Source: an uncultured Christensenellaceae bacterium
GTDB taxonomy: Bacteria > Bacillota > Clostridia > Christensenellales > CAG-314
Assembly (NCBI GenBank): GCA_910586625.1
Contig: CAJUIZ010000006.1
Coordinates: forward strand, 40,907-104,906
Direction: 5' to 3'
Length of the DNA stretch: 64,000 nucleotides
Every line of letters begins with the position of its first letter. Within the stretch, counting starts at the first letter, position 1. The translations under genes were made by a program, and so were the position numbers. Under the pieces are notes generated by a model, which did no database searches, was not told the origin of the DNA, and was given only the letters and a program-made list of their open reading frames with translations. Below, piece by piece: positions 1 through 9,014 of this stretch.

Positions 1-1269
1 GATAAACGCTTCTTCGTCGTAACGGTTATGTATCAAACGCATATACGCCAATACGTCCTTGATTTCCTTACGCTCGAAGAACTTGAAGCCGCCGAACACC
101 TTGTAGGGCATTCGGTTGCGGGCAAACTGCTGCTCGAAGCTGCGGGACAGGGCGTTTACGCGCATAAGGACTGCGAAATCGCGCAAACGATACTGCGGGT
201 TGAGATACATAAGGTTTTTTATCTGCTCCGCCACGAAATACGCTTCGTCCTGCTCGTTATAGGCGGAAAAGAGCTGAGTTTTGACTCCGTCTTCGTTTTC
301 CGTCCACAAAACCTTGTCGAAACGGTTGACGTTTTTGCTTATTACTTCGTTGGCGACGTCCAAAATGCGTTTAGTGGAACGGTAGTTTTGCTCCAACGCG
401 TAAACGTTGCAATCGGGAAAGTCCGCTTGGAACTTTTTGAGATTGTACGATTCAGCCCCGCGCCAGCTGTAAATGGATTGGTCGTCGTCGCCTACCACGA
501 AAATGTTGCGGTACTTTTCGCCTAACATTTTGAATATTTGATACTGCACCTTGTTGGTATCCTGAAACTCGTCGATTAGAACATACTTGTACGTTTCGCG
601 GTACTTTTCCAAAATTTCTGGCGACGAAGCAAACAGCTTGTGAACGTAGTACAGCAAATCGTCGAAGTCCATAGCGTTGTTTTGGCGCATTTTGTCGCCG
701 TACTCTTTTATTACTCGGACAAGGTCGGATTGCGAAGCCGCCGTTTGACTTTGAAGCCTGTCCAATTGCTCGGCGATATATTCGTCCTTGACGTCTAATA
801 GATTGCCGTCCAAAAGCTCGGGCGCGCGATTCTTGATATCCGATATGCTCTCGGCAAACGTATCCGCCATTTTTGCGTCGCCGTCGTCGGGGAAAACGTC
901 CTTGACGATTTTTTTGAGAACGCCGACCTTTTCGCTTTCGTCGTATATGGAAAACGAACCGCTGCGGTTTAACGCTTCCGCTTCGCGCCGAAGCACCTTG
1001 GCGCAAAAGGAGTGAATTGTGGAAATTTGCATACTGCCCGCGTTGCAGTCGAATTCGTACAGGCGGCGTTTCATTTCGTTTGCCGCCTTGTTGGTAAAGG
1101 TTATGGCAAGAATCTCCCAAGGCTTGACGTTGCATTCGGAAACGAGATACAGTATTCTGTTGGTAAGCACGCGCGTTTTACCGCTTCCTGCGCCTGCAAG
1201 CACCAACGTGGGGGCAAGAGGCGCGGTGACGGCGGCAAGCTGCGCGTCGTTAAGTTTTTGTAAGTTCAT
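1..1269 (-). CDS. pcrA: ATP-dependent DNA helicase, UvrD/PcrA family (N-terminal ~423 aa; the C-terminus runs off the window start)
   Basis: Absent from the ORF track because it has no in-window stop. Manual reverse translation from the ATG at 1269 gives MNLQKLNDAQLAAVTAPLAPTLVLAGAGSGKTRVLTNRILYLV (Walker A), ILAITFTNKAANEM (motif Ia), VLIDEFQDTN (motif II) and VVGDDDQSIYSWRGA (motif III). The segments I checked show no stop, and the frame ends exactly at base 1. Confidence 0.9.
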   Translation of the reverse strand, partial: MNLQKLNDAQLAAVTAPLAPTLVLAGAGSGKTRVLTNRILYLVSECNVKPWEILAITFTNKAANEMKRRLYEFDCNAGSMQISTIHSFCAKVLRREAEALNRSGSFSIYDESEKVGVLKKIVKDVFPDDGDAKMADTFAESISDIKNRAPELLDGNLLDVKDEYIAEQLDRLQSQTAASQSDLVRVIKEYGDKMRQNNAMDFDDLLYYVHKLFASSPEILEKYRETYKYVLIDEFQDTNKVQYQIFKMLGEKYRNIFVVGDDDQSIYSWRGAESYNLKKFQADFPDCNVYALEQNYRSTKRILDVANEVISKNVNRFDKVLWTENEDGVKTQLFSAYNEQDEAYFVAEQIKNLMYLNPQYRLRDFAVLMRVNALSRSFEQQFARNRMPYKVFGGFKFFERKEIKDVLAYMRLIHNRYDEEAFI

Positions 1270-1275
1270 ATTTTT

Positions 1276-1510
1276 TTATAAGGTTTCGCTTCGCTTTTTA
1301 ATGCGTAACGCGTAATGCGCAATTAAGGTTACGCTACGCTAAACTTCTCCGTGCGCTTCGCTTAGTCGAAGGGAGATTTGCAAAGTTATGCTGCGCCAGA
1401 TTTATCGACTGCGCTCGAAATGACGCTGTAAGCCGTGCGGCTACCGCCTAGATTTCTCCGCGCGTTCGCTACGCTCACTTGGTCGAAATGACATAAAGGT
1501 TTGTCGAAAC
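1276..1510. repeat. Dispersed intergenic repeat family 1, cluster A: an AATGCGY heptad-like module followed by three tandem core copies (~1341-1370, ~1398-1426, 1451-1494)
   Basis: The core GATTTCTCCGCGCGTTCGCTACGCTCACTTGGTCGAAATGACAT at 1451-1494 is identical to the copy at 26894-26937 over 44 nt. The 5' module TTATAAGGTTTCGCT.CGCTTTT.AATGCG..GCGTAAT recurs at 42358-42405. Confidence 0.8.
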
Positions 1511-1584
1511 ACATTTTGTAACGTTATTTTAACGACAAATGTTAGTTATGGTTCGAGGCACCATATGCACGGGCGGTATAATTA

Positions 1585-2217
1585 TTATCGTGTACGACGT
1601 TTTGTCAAAGTTTTAACCTTTGTTGGATCGACGTCTAAGCCCTTGCCGTACTTGGCGATGAACTTGCGCTGGGCGGCGTATCCGAAACGACCGAGCTGTC
1701 GCCCCGTAGCATAGTAGTCGCCGTGCTGATAGTTGACCAGCCGCGCCTTGCGGTAGTCTATTTTGCCGTCCGTCATGATGCTCTCGTCCACGTGAATTGC
1801 CAAAACGTCCGCAAGAAACATATCGTGCGAGCCGAGATTCAAAACATCGAACACCTTGCACTCCATATTGACGGGGCTTTCCGCTATCATAACCGTTGAA
1901 AGGTGTTCGCAGCGCTGCTTGGTAAACTTCATTTCGGCAAATTTGTCCATATCCCGTCCGCTGCGTATGCCGCAGTAGTCGCACGCGGGCAATAAACGTT
2001 CCGTTGTGAAATTGATTACAAATTCGCCCGAACGCTTGATAAGGTCGTAGGAATACCTGTCGTGCCGAATGGAAACGTAAACCCGCGGCGGATCGGAGCA
2101 TATTGTCCCCGTCCAAGCCACGGTAATAATATTGGCTTTGTCGCAGTCGCCTGCGGACACCATTACCACGGGCAGCGGAGCGAGTAACGACGCGCCCTTC
2201 AAAACTGTTTTAGGCAT
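1585..2217 (-). CDS. Flavin reductase-like FMN-binding domain protein
   Basis: The translation LLAPLPVVMVSAGD...NIITVAWTGTICSDPPRVYVSIR...SYDLIKRSGEFVINF is typical of the flavin reductase-like fold. I moved the start to MPKTVLKG (2217), which overlaps the upstream stop by 8 nt (ATGCCTAA). Confidence 0.75.
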   Translation of the reverse strand: MPKTVLKGASLLAPLPVVMVSAGDCDKANIITVAWTGTICSDPPRVYVSIRHDRYSYDLIKRSGEFVINFTTERLLPACDYCGIRSGRDMDKFAEMKFTKQRCEHLSTVMIAESPVNMECKVFDVLNLGSHDMFLADVLAIHVDESIMTDGKIDYRKARLVNYQHGDYYATGRQLGRFGYAAQRKFIAKYGKGLDVDPTKVKTLTKRRTR

Positions 2218-2527
2218 TATTTTCTCCTTTTCTATCTTCGTCGGTTGCAACGCAAAAACCGAACAACTCGGCAAAATCGTTAAAACACTGCTTACATACC
2301 CACCGACAGGAAACAGAATCCGCGTCCGTTGCATAATACCCGTATTTATCAACGTCGGGCATATCTAAATCGGTAATTTTTTGAAAACAAAAAACGCAGT
2401 GCTCGTGATCGTTAGTACCTTCGGTTACGAATTTTTTATACTCGAACGTTTTGCCGTCAAGCTCGCCTTCGTACCAGCCTGATAGCCGCCAATCGTCCTT
2501 GAACTTCCCGTTCAGTTCTTTTGACAT
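2210..2527 (-). CDS. Hypothetical small Cys/His protein (HCVFC...CRWVCKQC, possible zinc ribbon)
   Basis: 105-aa ORF packed tightly between yigZ (stop TGA directly followed by this ATG) and the flavin reductase gene (8-nt overlap). I recognise no family. Confidence 0.6.
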   Translation of the reverse strand: MSKELNGKFKDDWRLSGWYEGELDGKTFEYKKFVTEGTNDHEHCVFCFQKITDLDMPDVDKYGYYATDADSVSCRWVCKQCFNDFAELFGFCVATDEDRKGENNA

Positions 2528-3154
2528 TCAATTCTCCTTGTGATATGCAGATAAAAACTCGTCGGAAACGGTTATTTGCCCCTTACCAAGGGTATTTTGG
2601 GATATTATGTCAGTGATAGTAGTTGACAATTCCGTCAAAAACAAGTAGTGAAGCGTAACCTTGTCGGTAAAGTCTACGTTTTGCTCGATTGCAACATCCT
2701 GCATTGCCTTGCGGAGAACTTTGAGCAGAGAATACTCTACCGTCACTTCCGCGCGGCGGCACAAGCGCATCGATACTTTGTCCGCCGAACGCAAAACGTC
2801 GGCGCACGCGCCGCTGTACGCCCGTACGAGACCGCCCGCGCCCAGCTTGACACCGCCGAAATAGCGGGTTACCACCACGCAAACGTAATCGAGAGAATTG
2901 TTCTTGATACACTCGTAAATGGGCATACCCGCAGTGCCCTGCGGCTCGTTGTCGTCCGAAAACTTAGCCTTATCTCCCACTATATACGCGTAGCAATTGT
3001 GCGTGGCGTCGTAGTACTTCTTGCGCTTGCTCTCCACAAACTCCGCAGCCTGCTCTGCCGTGTCCACGCGAATTGCCGAAGCGATAAAGCGCGACTTTTC
3101 TATTACGTTTTCGATTGTTACTTCGTTTGAAGAAATCGTTGTGTACTCTTTCAT
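2528..3154 (-). CDS. yigZ: YigZ/IMPACT family protein (UPF0029)
   Basis: KSRFIASAIRV...ATHNCYAYIVG...DDNEPQGTAG.PI...VVVTRYFGGVKLGAGGLVRAYS matches the conserved YigZ N-terminal domain pattern. Confidence 0.85.
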   Translation of the reverse strand: MKEYTTISSNEVTIENVIEKSRFIASAIRVDTAEQAAEFVESKRKKYYDATHNCYAYIVGDKAKFSDDNEPQGTAGMPIYECIKNNSLDYVCVVVTRYFGGVKLGAGGLVRAYSGACADVLRSADKVSMRLCRRAEVTVEYSLLKVLRKAMQDVAIEQNVDFTDKVTLHYLFLTELSTTITDIISQNTLGKGQITVSDEFLSAYHKEN

Positions 3155-3295
3155 AATCCGACCACACGCGCGACGGCGTTGTACGCAGCCGCTACGCTTT
3201 GTGCTATCAACTTATTCCCGTCGCGGTCGGGCTGCAAGGAAGCAAACGACCGTTTTGCTTCTTGTGTTAAACTTTCGATAGGGGAGAGCCCCCTA

Positions 3296-3348
3296 TCACA
3301 CCCCCGCAAGGGCGCGAAGGTCAGGTACACGCCCTGACTTCGCGGAAA
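3296..3348. repeat. Repeat/hairpin family 2, copy 1
   Basis: CACACCCCCGCAAGGGCGCGAAGGTCAGGTACACGCCCTGACTTCGCGGAAA. The arms CGCGAAGGTCAGG and CCTGACTTCGCG form a hairpin around the loop TACACGC. A second copy lies at 42725-42785. Confidence 0.7.
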
Positions 3349-3392
3349 CTTAAATTATACAGACCACACTCGATGGTCGCTATGCGGATATG

Positions 3393-4607
3393 TTACTTTG
3401 CGCCCGCAATAATAACGCGCAGGTGTACCTTTTTGCCCTTGTGCAGGACGAATTCACCCTTTGACAAAATCTCGGCGGGTAAAGCCCAAGCGTAGGACGT
3501 TATCCTGTCGTCGTTGACGGCTACTCCGCCGCCGTCGACAAGCCGTCTCGCTTCGCCGTTGGACTTGGCTTGTCCGCATTTTACCAAAATATCTATTATA
3601 TTGGCAGGCTCGGATATTTCGGCGACGGGCATATTGGCAACATCCATACTGAATGACGCCTTGACCTGCTTCAACACTTCGTCGGCGACTTCATTTCCGT
3701 GAACCAAAGCGGTAACTTCGTACGCCAAGCGTTCCTTGGCGGCGTTCATACGTTCGTCGCTGTGAGCGGTGAGCGCGGCAATTTCGTCTAATTCCATAAA
3801 AGTCAACAGCTTCATACAGGTTGCCACGCGGTCGTCTTCGACGTTGCGCCAATACTGGAAGAAATCGAAAGGCGAAGTTTTATTCGGGTCCAGCCACACC
3901 GCGCCCTTAGCCGTCTTGCCCATCTTCTTGCCTTCGGAAGTGGTAAGCAACGCGAACGTCAGCGCGTACGCCTTTTTGCCCGTCTTGCGGCGGATAAGGT
4001 CGGCACCCGCAAGCATATTGCTCCATTGGTCGTCGCCGCCTGCCTGCAACACGCAGTTATAGCGTTTGTTAAGCTCCAAAAAGTCGTAGCCCTGCATAAG
4101 CATATAGTTGAATTCCAAAAAGCTTAGTCCGCGCTCCAAACGCTGCTTGAAGCACTCCGCCGTAAGCATTTGATTGACGGAAAAACACGCGCCTACGTCG
4201 CGCAGAAAGTCGACGTAATTAAGCTTACACAGCCAATCGGCGTTATCGGCTACAATAGCCTTGCCGTCGGAAAAATCTATAAAGCGCGACATTTGCTTCT
4301 TAAAGCAGTCGACGTTGTGACGAATCGCTTCCTTCGTCAGCATACTACGCATATCCGTGCGCCCCGACGGGTCGCCCACCATTGCCGTGCCGCCGCCTAT
4401 AAGCACAACGGGACGGTGTCCCGCGCGCTGCATATGCGCCATTGCCATCAAAGCTACGAAATGCCCTACGTGCAGACTGTCCGCCGTGGGGTCGTAGCCA
4501 GTATAAAAGGTGACGGACTCTCGCCCCAAAAGCTCGTAGAGCTCGTCTTCGAATACTATCTGTTTGACGTAACCGCGTTCTTTTAGTACGTCCAATACGT
4601 TTTTCAT
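3393..4607 (-). CDS. tyrS: Tyrosine--tRNA ligase
   Basis: Class I HIGH-type motif (SLHVGHFV), KMSKS-type motif (KMGKTAKG), and a C-terminal S4-like domain (ARRLVDGGGVAVND). Length is 404 aa. Confidence 0.93.
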   Translation of the reverse strand: MKNVLDVLKERGYVKQIVFEDELYELLGRESVTFYTGYDPTADSLHVGHFVALMAMAHMQRAGHRPVVLIGGGTAMVGDPSGRTDMRSMLTKEAIRHNVDCFKKQMSRFIDFSDGKAIVADNADWLCKLNYVDFLRDVGACFSVNQMLTAECFKQRLERGLSFLEFNYMLMQGYDFLELNKRYNCVLQAGGDDQWSNMLAGADLIRRKTGKKAYALTFALLTTSEGKKMGKTAKGAVWLDPNKTSPFDFFQYWRNVEDDRVATCMKLLTFMELDEIAALTAHSDERMNAAKERLAYEVTALVHGNEVADEVLKQVKASFSMDVANMPVAEISEPANIIDILVKCGQAKSNGEARRLVDGGGVAVNDDRITSYAWALPAEILSKGEFVLHKGKKVHLRVIIAGAK

Positions 4608-4689
4608 AATTATTTAACTCCTATAAATAAGCCGCGCAGCGCGCGTTTTTTATTAGATTTGCAAACCGCTATTTCCGCAAAAGCGACGT

Positions 4690-6408
4690 TTACGGTTCGA
4701 TAAGGTTGAAATACTTTTCGGCACTGCCCGTCATAATGCGGTAGCATACCGCGGCGAAGCCCACGCTTGCGCCGATGATTAGCAACCACATAATAAGCAG
4801 CATATACCAAGCGGCATTGAGAAAATACCAGCCCACAAGACATACCGCGGATATTACGCCGATAATCAATGACACGACAAGTCCTACGAGCATTGCCATC
4901 CAACTGTTTTTGGCATTTTTAAGGCTTTGGTTGAAATTAGTCCAACCGAGCTTGGGACTTTTTAGGTCTATCAACGTAGTTATGCACATTGCGCCGAAAC
5001 CGAGCGCGCCCATAACTACAAGCATGGCTATACCGAAATACCAATCGATACCGAACAGCACCACGACGAGCAGACACATTAGAAAGTCGGATATAAGCAT
5101 TGCCGACGTTGACAGAATAACCTTTGCTAACAGGTACTTATTAAAGGACACGGGCAGACTTTTTACAAGATAAATCGACTTGTTTTCGCGCGAAATGGGA
5201 TAAATGCCCAATACGTTGCTCGACATACCGAGCAGCGACATATACGACAAAAAGACTATCGGCGCAATACCCCTATACAACGACTGTCCCTGCAACATTT
5301 CTACTATGTTTTGCCCGTCTTCGCTTGTAATGCTGAAACAGAAATAAAACACTACAACCATTAAAGGTAGCATAATTAGGGACAAAATACCCTGAAAGCC
5401 CATCTGACTGTCGCGCATTACGCGCTTGATGTCCGTAAAAATAAGCTCCTTTACCACGCCTTGGTTTTTTACCGTCAAATCGGACGACTTGACCTTTTTG
5501 CGGCGGAATACGCCCGTGCCTTCGACGGAAGCGGACAGTATCCAACGGTAAAACGGAATTGACAGAGCCAAAACCAAGCCGAATAAAAGCGCGTTTTCCG
5601 CAACGGAAATAAGCAGATTGAGCGCAACAGCACCGAAAGACGCGCCAAGCATCGCGGATGCCAACGTAAAGTCGGAATGGACATACTTCATTGCGCTGCC
5701 GATACCTTGCAGTTTTTCCAACAGCACGCTTGCCATATCCGAGCCGTCGACATCGCCCGAAGATCCGCCTATAAAGCCCAACTCGTACATTCCGAACAAA
5801 TACACGCCCATAATAAGAGCGAACATCAACACCTGCATCAGCGTTTTGACTACGCCGTTTTTGCCGAACTTGGTTATCACGGCGGACAAAGGAATTGCGA
5901 TGAGCGAGCTTATTAGCATAGGCAGCAGCGGAACAAGTATAAGCGCGGGTATAAGCAGCAGGTAGTAGCCTGCGCCCGCCGAATAGCCGATACCGAAGGG
6001 TAAAAGGGTAACTATCAGCATAACCGCCGTGGTTATTACTTCGTTCAAATACGCGACGGTCAGCTTAGCCGCAAATATAGCGGAAGAATTGACTGGCAGG
6101 AACAACAGTTTGTCCGCGTCCTTGGCGGAAAACACGTTGGTTATAAGCGTTTGAACGCCGAAAAGCAGCACCACACCCTGACATACGAACAGCAGCGTTG
6201 CGGCAATGTTTTCAACGTTTTCCAGCCCTTTGGACAAAACCCCGAGAAAATACATACTGCCGGCAAGACCTATAAGCATAGGCAAAAAGCATATACCCAA
6301 AACTACGTATGCCGCTATCGTTCCGCCGCGCTTACGTTTGCCTTCGGTAGGCTTTACCCTATACTGCTGAACGAACAGCAGCTTGACAAGAGAAATATAC
6401 TTTTTCAT
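4690..6408 (-). CDS. Multi-pass membrane protein, putative ABC exporter permease partner
   Basis: The 572 aa are strongly hydrophobic throughout. It lies directly downstream of the ABC ATPase. I moved the start to MKKYISL (6408), which is preceded by GGCGGTGG. Confidence 0.65.
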   Translation of the reverse strand: MKKYISLVKLLFVQQYRVKPTEGKRKRGGTIAAYVVLGICFLPMLIGLAGSMYFLGVLSKGLENVENIAATLLFVCQGVVLLFGVQTLITNVFSAKDADKLLFLPVNSSAIFAAKLTVAYLNEVITTAVMLIVTLLPFGIGYSAGAGYYLLLIPALILVPLLPMLISSLIAIPLSAVITKFGKNGVVKTLMQVLMFALIMGVYLFGMYELGFIGGSSGDVDGSDMASVLLEKLQGIGSAMKYVHSDFTLASAMLGASFGAVALNLLISVAENALLFGLVLALSIPFYRWILSASVEGTGVFRRKKVKSSDLTVKNQGVVKELIFTDIKRVMRDSQMGFQGILSLIMLPLMVVVFYFCFSITSEDGQNIVEMLQGQSLYRGIAPIVFLSYMSLLGMSSNVLGIYPISRENKSIYLVKSLPVSFNKYLLAKVILSTSAMLISDFLMCLLVVVLFGIDWYFGIAMLVVMGALGFGAMCITTLIDLKSPKLGWTNFNQSLKNAKNSWMAMLVGLVVSLIIGVISAVCLVGWYFLNAAWYMLLIMWLLIIGASVGFAAVCYRIMTGSAEKYFNLIEP

Positions 6409-6418
6409 AAACCACCGC

Positions 6419-7150
6419 CTACTTTGCCGTTTCATCGGCGGTTATTGTCAAGAACAAACTTTCCAACGATACGCTCTCGTCCTTGCGGATATTGTCCAAC
6501 GTATCGACGGCGACAAGCTGTCCGTGATTGATTATGCCTATTCGGTCGCACACCTTTTCCACTACGTCGATTACGTGCGAGCTGAAAAAAACCGTATTGC
6601 CCTGCTCGGCGTGCTTGCGCATAAGCTGTTTAAGCTGAAACGCCGACTGCGGATCCAGCCCCGTTAGCGGTTCGTCCAATATCCACACCTTGGGATCGTG
6701 AATAAGCGCGGCTATTACCATTAGCTTTTGCTTCATTCCGTGCGAATAGGACGAAATCATATTTGGCAGCGCGTCCGAAAGTTGAAACATCTCGGCGTAT
6801 TCCGAAATGCGGGCTTTGAGCGCGCCTGTTTCCACGCCGTACATTGTGCCTATAAAATTGAGATACTCGATTCCTTTGAGCGTTTCGTAGGTTTCGTGAT
6901 TGTCGGGCACGAAGCCTATACGCGACTTGGCTGCGATAGAGTTTTCCGCGAGATTGACGCCGTCCACTTCGATAGTGCCTTCGTCAGGGGACAAGATGCC
7001 CGTTATCATCTTGATTGTAGTTGATTTACCCGCGCCGTTCGGTCCCAAAAAACCGAAAATTTCGCCGTCTTTAATTTCCAAAGAAAGCCCGTCCACCGCC
7101 TTTTTCTGCGATTTGGCGTAGGTTTTAGATACATTGCTTAGTCTTATCAT
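6419..7150 (-). CDS. ABC transporter ATP-binding protein (ABC-2/exporter type)
   Basis: Walker A GPNGAGKST, a signature-like SHGMKQKL, and Walker B VWILDEPLTGLD. Confidence 0.9.
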   Translation of the reverse strand: MIRLSNVSKTYAKSQKKAVDGLSLEIKDGEIFGFLGPNGAGKSTTIKMITGILSPDEGTIEVDGVNLAENSIAAKSRIGFVPDNHETYETLKGIEYLNFIGTMYGVETGALKARISEYAEMFQLSDALPNMISSYSHGMKQKLMVIAALIHDPKVWILDEPLTGLDPQSAFQLKQLMRKHAEQGNTVFFSSHVIDVVEKVCDRIGIINHGQLVAVDTLDNIRKDESVSLESLFLTITADETAK

Positions 7151-7317
7151 TGTTTTCTCCTTGTGATGAAAATATTACGCAATTGCTTTTACCGCGCAAA
7201 AACTATGGCGACAAAAGACGGATTACGGCGCGCGGGGAATACGGACATACCCCCCCCCGCTCGAAAACGGGTATTCGGTTAAAAACGTTAATTTTTACTA
7301 TCATTTTTTTATAATGT

Positions 7318-7396
7318 TCTGCTTCGCTGGATTTCTCCACTCGCTTCGCTCGAAATGACATATTTTCAGCCGGCCAATCACTCAAAGCGAGTGCAT
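7318..7396. repeat. Dispersed repeat family 1, copy B
   Basis: GCTGGATTTCTCCACTCGCTTCGCTCGAAATGACATATTTTCAGCCGGCCAATCACTCAAAGCGAGTG. The tail also aligns with copy C (GTCTGCCAGCCAACACCGAGAGCGAGTG). Confidence 0.75.
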
Positions 7397-7412
7397 ACAA
7401 TTAACAAACTTT

Positions 7413-8726
7413 TTAGCGGGATACGCGAGTATTCTTAGGTTGGCGGCAGCCGATATCCTGACCGTTACCGCTGGGAGTAAAAAACTTCTCGTCCTTTACT
7501 TCGTCGGGCAGATACTGCTGCTCTACCCAACCGCCGTAGTTATGCGGATATTTGTACGGAGCATCGTCAAGACCGTTTTCGCCGCGCGGAAAGTTGGCGT
7601 CCATAAGATAAGAAGGCACGCGGGCGGACGGATTGCTCTTGGCGCATTCCGTTGCGGCTTCGAGCGCCGTTACCACAGAATTGGACTTGGGGCAGTTGCA
7701 AATATACAGAATCGCTTCGGACAATGGGATTCTGCCTTCCGGAAGCCCGATATTTTGAAACGCGGTTAGCGCGGCGGTTGCTACGGGCAGAGCCATAGGG
7801 TCGGCAAGACCTACGTCTTCCGCCGCGTGAATGACTATTCGGCGGGCAAGCAGCAAAGGGTCCGTTCCAGCTTCGATTAAACGTTCGAACCAAAACATAG
7901 CGGCGTTGGCGTCGCTGCCGCGCATTGACTTGATAAACGCGCTGATCATATCGTAATACGTGCCCGTATCCACCGATAACGCTTTCTTCTGCATTGACTG
8001 ACTTGCAACTTCGCGCGTTACGCGTATGCAGCCGTCGGAGTCGACGTCGGTAGTTAGCGCGGCAAGCTCGAGAGCGTTGTAGGCGTTACGTAAATCCCCC
8101 GAAGCCGTTTCCGCTATGTAATCGTAAGCGGCTTCGTCAACGGTGATTTTGAGCTTGGAAAGAACCACGTCGCGGCGGACGGCGTCTTTTAGACCGCCCT
8201 TAACATCGTCCGCAGTTAACGGCAAAAACTCGAAAACGCGGCAACGCGACACTATCGCTCGGGTCATGGAAACGTAGGGGTTTTCCGTAGTGGAACCGAT
8301 AAACGTTATATAGCCCTTTTCGATAGCGGGCAGAACGCAGTCGCTTTGCGTCTTGCTCCAACGGTGACACTCGTCCAGCATAAGGTAGGTTTTCTGCCCG
8401 TAGGCGTTGAAGCGTTTGGTGGCTTCGTCGATTATTTTCTTGGCGTCGGCAACGCCGCTGCTTACGGCGTTGAGCTTTTCGAATCGACTGCCCGTGGTAT
8501 TGGCAATGATATTGGCAAGGGAAGTTTTGCCGGAACCCGGCACTCCCCAGAATATGCAGCTGCCCAGCTTGTCCGCCTTGATTGCGCGACACAGGAGCGA
8601 GCCGTCGTAGATTAGGTGCTTTTGCCCGATAAACTGCGACAGCACGCGCGGACGCATACGCTCCGCCAAGGGGACGTTATTTATTTTATCTGTTTGAAAT
8701 ATTGAGTTTTGTTCATATTGCGCCAT
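7413..8726 (-). CDS. rarA: Replication-associated recombination protein A (AAA+ ATPase RarA/MgsA)
   Basis: GVPGSGKTSLANIIA Walker A, LMLDECHRW Walker B, and a MgsA C-terminal region (DANAAMFWFERLIEAGTDP). Confidence 0.92.
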   Translation of the reverse strand: MAQYEQNSIFQTDKINNVPLAERMRPRVLSQFIGQKHLIYDGSLLCRAIKADKLGSCIFWGVPGSGKTSLANIIANTTGSRFEKLNAVSSGVADAKKIIDEATKRFNAYGQKTYLMLDECHRWSKTQSDCVLPAIEKGYITFIGSTTENPYVSMTRAIVSRCRVFEFLPLTADDVKGGLKDAVRRDVVLSKLKITVDEAAYDYIAETASGDLRNAYNALELAALTTDVDSDGCIRVTREVASQSMQKKALSVDTGTYYDMISAFIKSMRGSDANAAMFWFERLIEAGTDPLLLARRIVIHAAEDVGLADPMALPVATAALTAFQNIGLPEGRIPLSEAILYICNCPKSNSVVTALEAATECAKSNPSARVPSYLMDANFPRGENGLDDAPYKYPHNYGGWVEQQYLPDEVKDEKFFTPSGNGQDIGCRQPKNTRVSR

Positions 8727-8940
8727 AATACAATTTTAGCATTATTTGTACGAATTTGCAAGGCAATAGTATGAAAATATATAATATTTTAAGCGAACGA
8801 ACGCGCGGCGTTGCGGCGCGGAGAAATTGCGCGATATAAACTGCCCCTCCGCCGCAAGCTTGGACTGCTCGGACGACATTTCGACGACAAAAAAAAACGG
8901 ACGAACGGGCTATTAGATACCGCTCGGTTATTCGTTTACA

Positions 8941-8976
8941 AAACAGCAAAAGCCCCGACACAAAGAACTGTCGGGA
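8941..8976 (-). terminator. Rho-independent terminator downstream of ppa
   Basis: On the minus strand, the CCCGACA/TGTCGGG hairpin is followed by GCTTTTGCTGTTTT. Confidence 0.55.
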
Positions 8977-9014
8977 CTTGAAATATCGAAAGTCAACGTT
9001 TAGTTTTCGTAAAA

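Noticed and set aside
28-1315. Several listed ORFs (28-525 +, 452-1135 -, 788-1015 +, 1012-1263 +, 1019-1315 +) in the first 1.3 kb
   Set aside because: All lie in wrong frames or on the wrong strand of the open-ended pcrA/uvrD gene, whose helicase motifs read cleanly on the minus strand from 1269 to base 1. Their translations are Arg- or Ser-rich with no motifs.
4608-4689. A T-box leader upstream of tyrS
   Set aside because: Only 82 nt separate tyrS from the upstream permease stop, and no GGTGGTACCGCG-like box is present. tyrS is probably co-transcribed with the upstream genes or has a simple promoter.
7203-7400. 65-aa ORF (MYALALSDWPAENMSFRAKRVEKS...)
   Set aside because: It is built from repeat family 1 copy B plus the C8 tract. 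The MSFR segment is a nucleotide-level repeat whose downstream reading frame differs at every copy.
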